5,061 bases of DNA from a virus (lineage: Duplodnaviria; Heunggongvirae; Uroviricota; Caudoviricetes), in the IMG/VR virus record IMGVR_UViG_2548876865_000015; one strand, 5' to 3'. Position numbers and translations under genes: made by a program. Numbering within the stretch: position 1 is the stretch's first letter; each line of letters opens with the position of its first letter. Below the pieces are notes generated by a model. The model did not search any database. It saw only the letters and a program-made list of their open reading frames with translations, and had not been told where the DNA came from. Shown here in pieces: positions 4,957 through 5,061 of this stretch.

Positions 4957-5061
4957 ATGCGCCATGATGAACATCGGGGTAGCAATCCCGGCACCCGCTT
5001 TATGAGGTGCAGGTGCACTATAATTCCACCCGTTCTGGTTTTCAATAGCTACATTCAACAT

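Noticed and set aside
1-5061. Scanned for CRISPR repeats, IS-element terminal inverted repeats with a transposase, and restriction-modification or toxin-antitoxin gene pairs
   Set aside because: No regularly spaced direct repeats, no transposase-like ORF, and no methyltransferase, restriction endonuclease or TA-like motifs were seen in any frame.

Overview
This window reads as the integrase-proximal end of a lambdoid, Qin-like enterobacterial prophage. All six genes I can support lie on the minus strand in one co-directional block, read from 5061 down to 1: a Rha-family regulator, a DicB-like division inhibitor, a YdfD-like small membrane protein, an 813-aa nuclease, a DUF4224/excisionase-like protein and a tyrosine integrase. 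The window starts exactly on the integrase stop codon, so the att site and host junction should lie just beyond position 1 and are not visible. I found no rRNA, tRNA, CRISPR array or IS element, and no canonical restriction-modification, toxin-antitoxin or Abi signature. The most unusual items are (1) the large nuclease, which pairs a RecE-like N-terminal region with a C-terminal DEDDh 3'-5' exonuclease domain and has no RecT-like partner, and (2) a strand-specific structured RNA element in the leader of the Rha gene. Smaller observations are a perfect inverted repeat between the nuclease and xis, a 13-bp tandem duplication at the integrase 3' end, and a Lys where the integrase box II Arg is expected. 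All family assignments come from reading motifs and from memory of protein families; no database search or folding computation was run.
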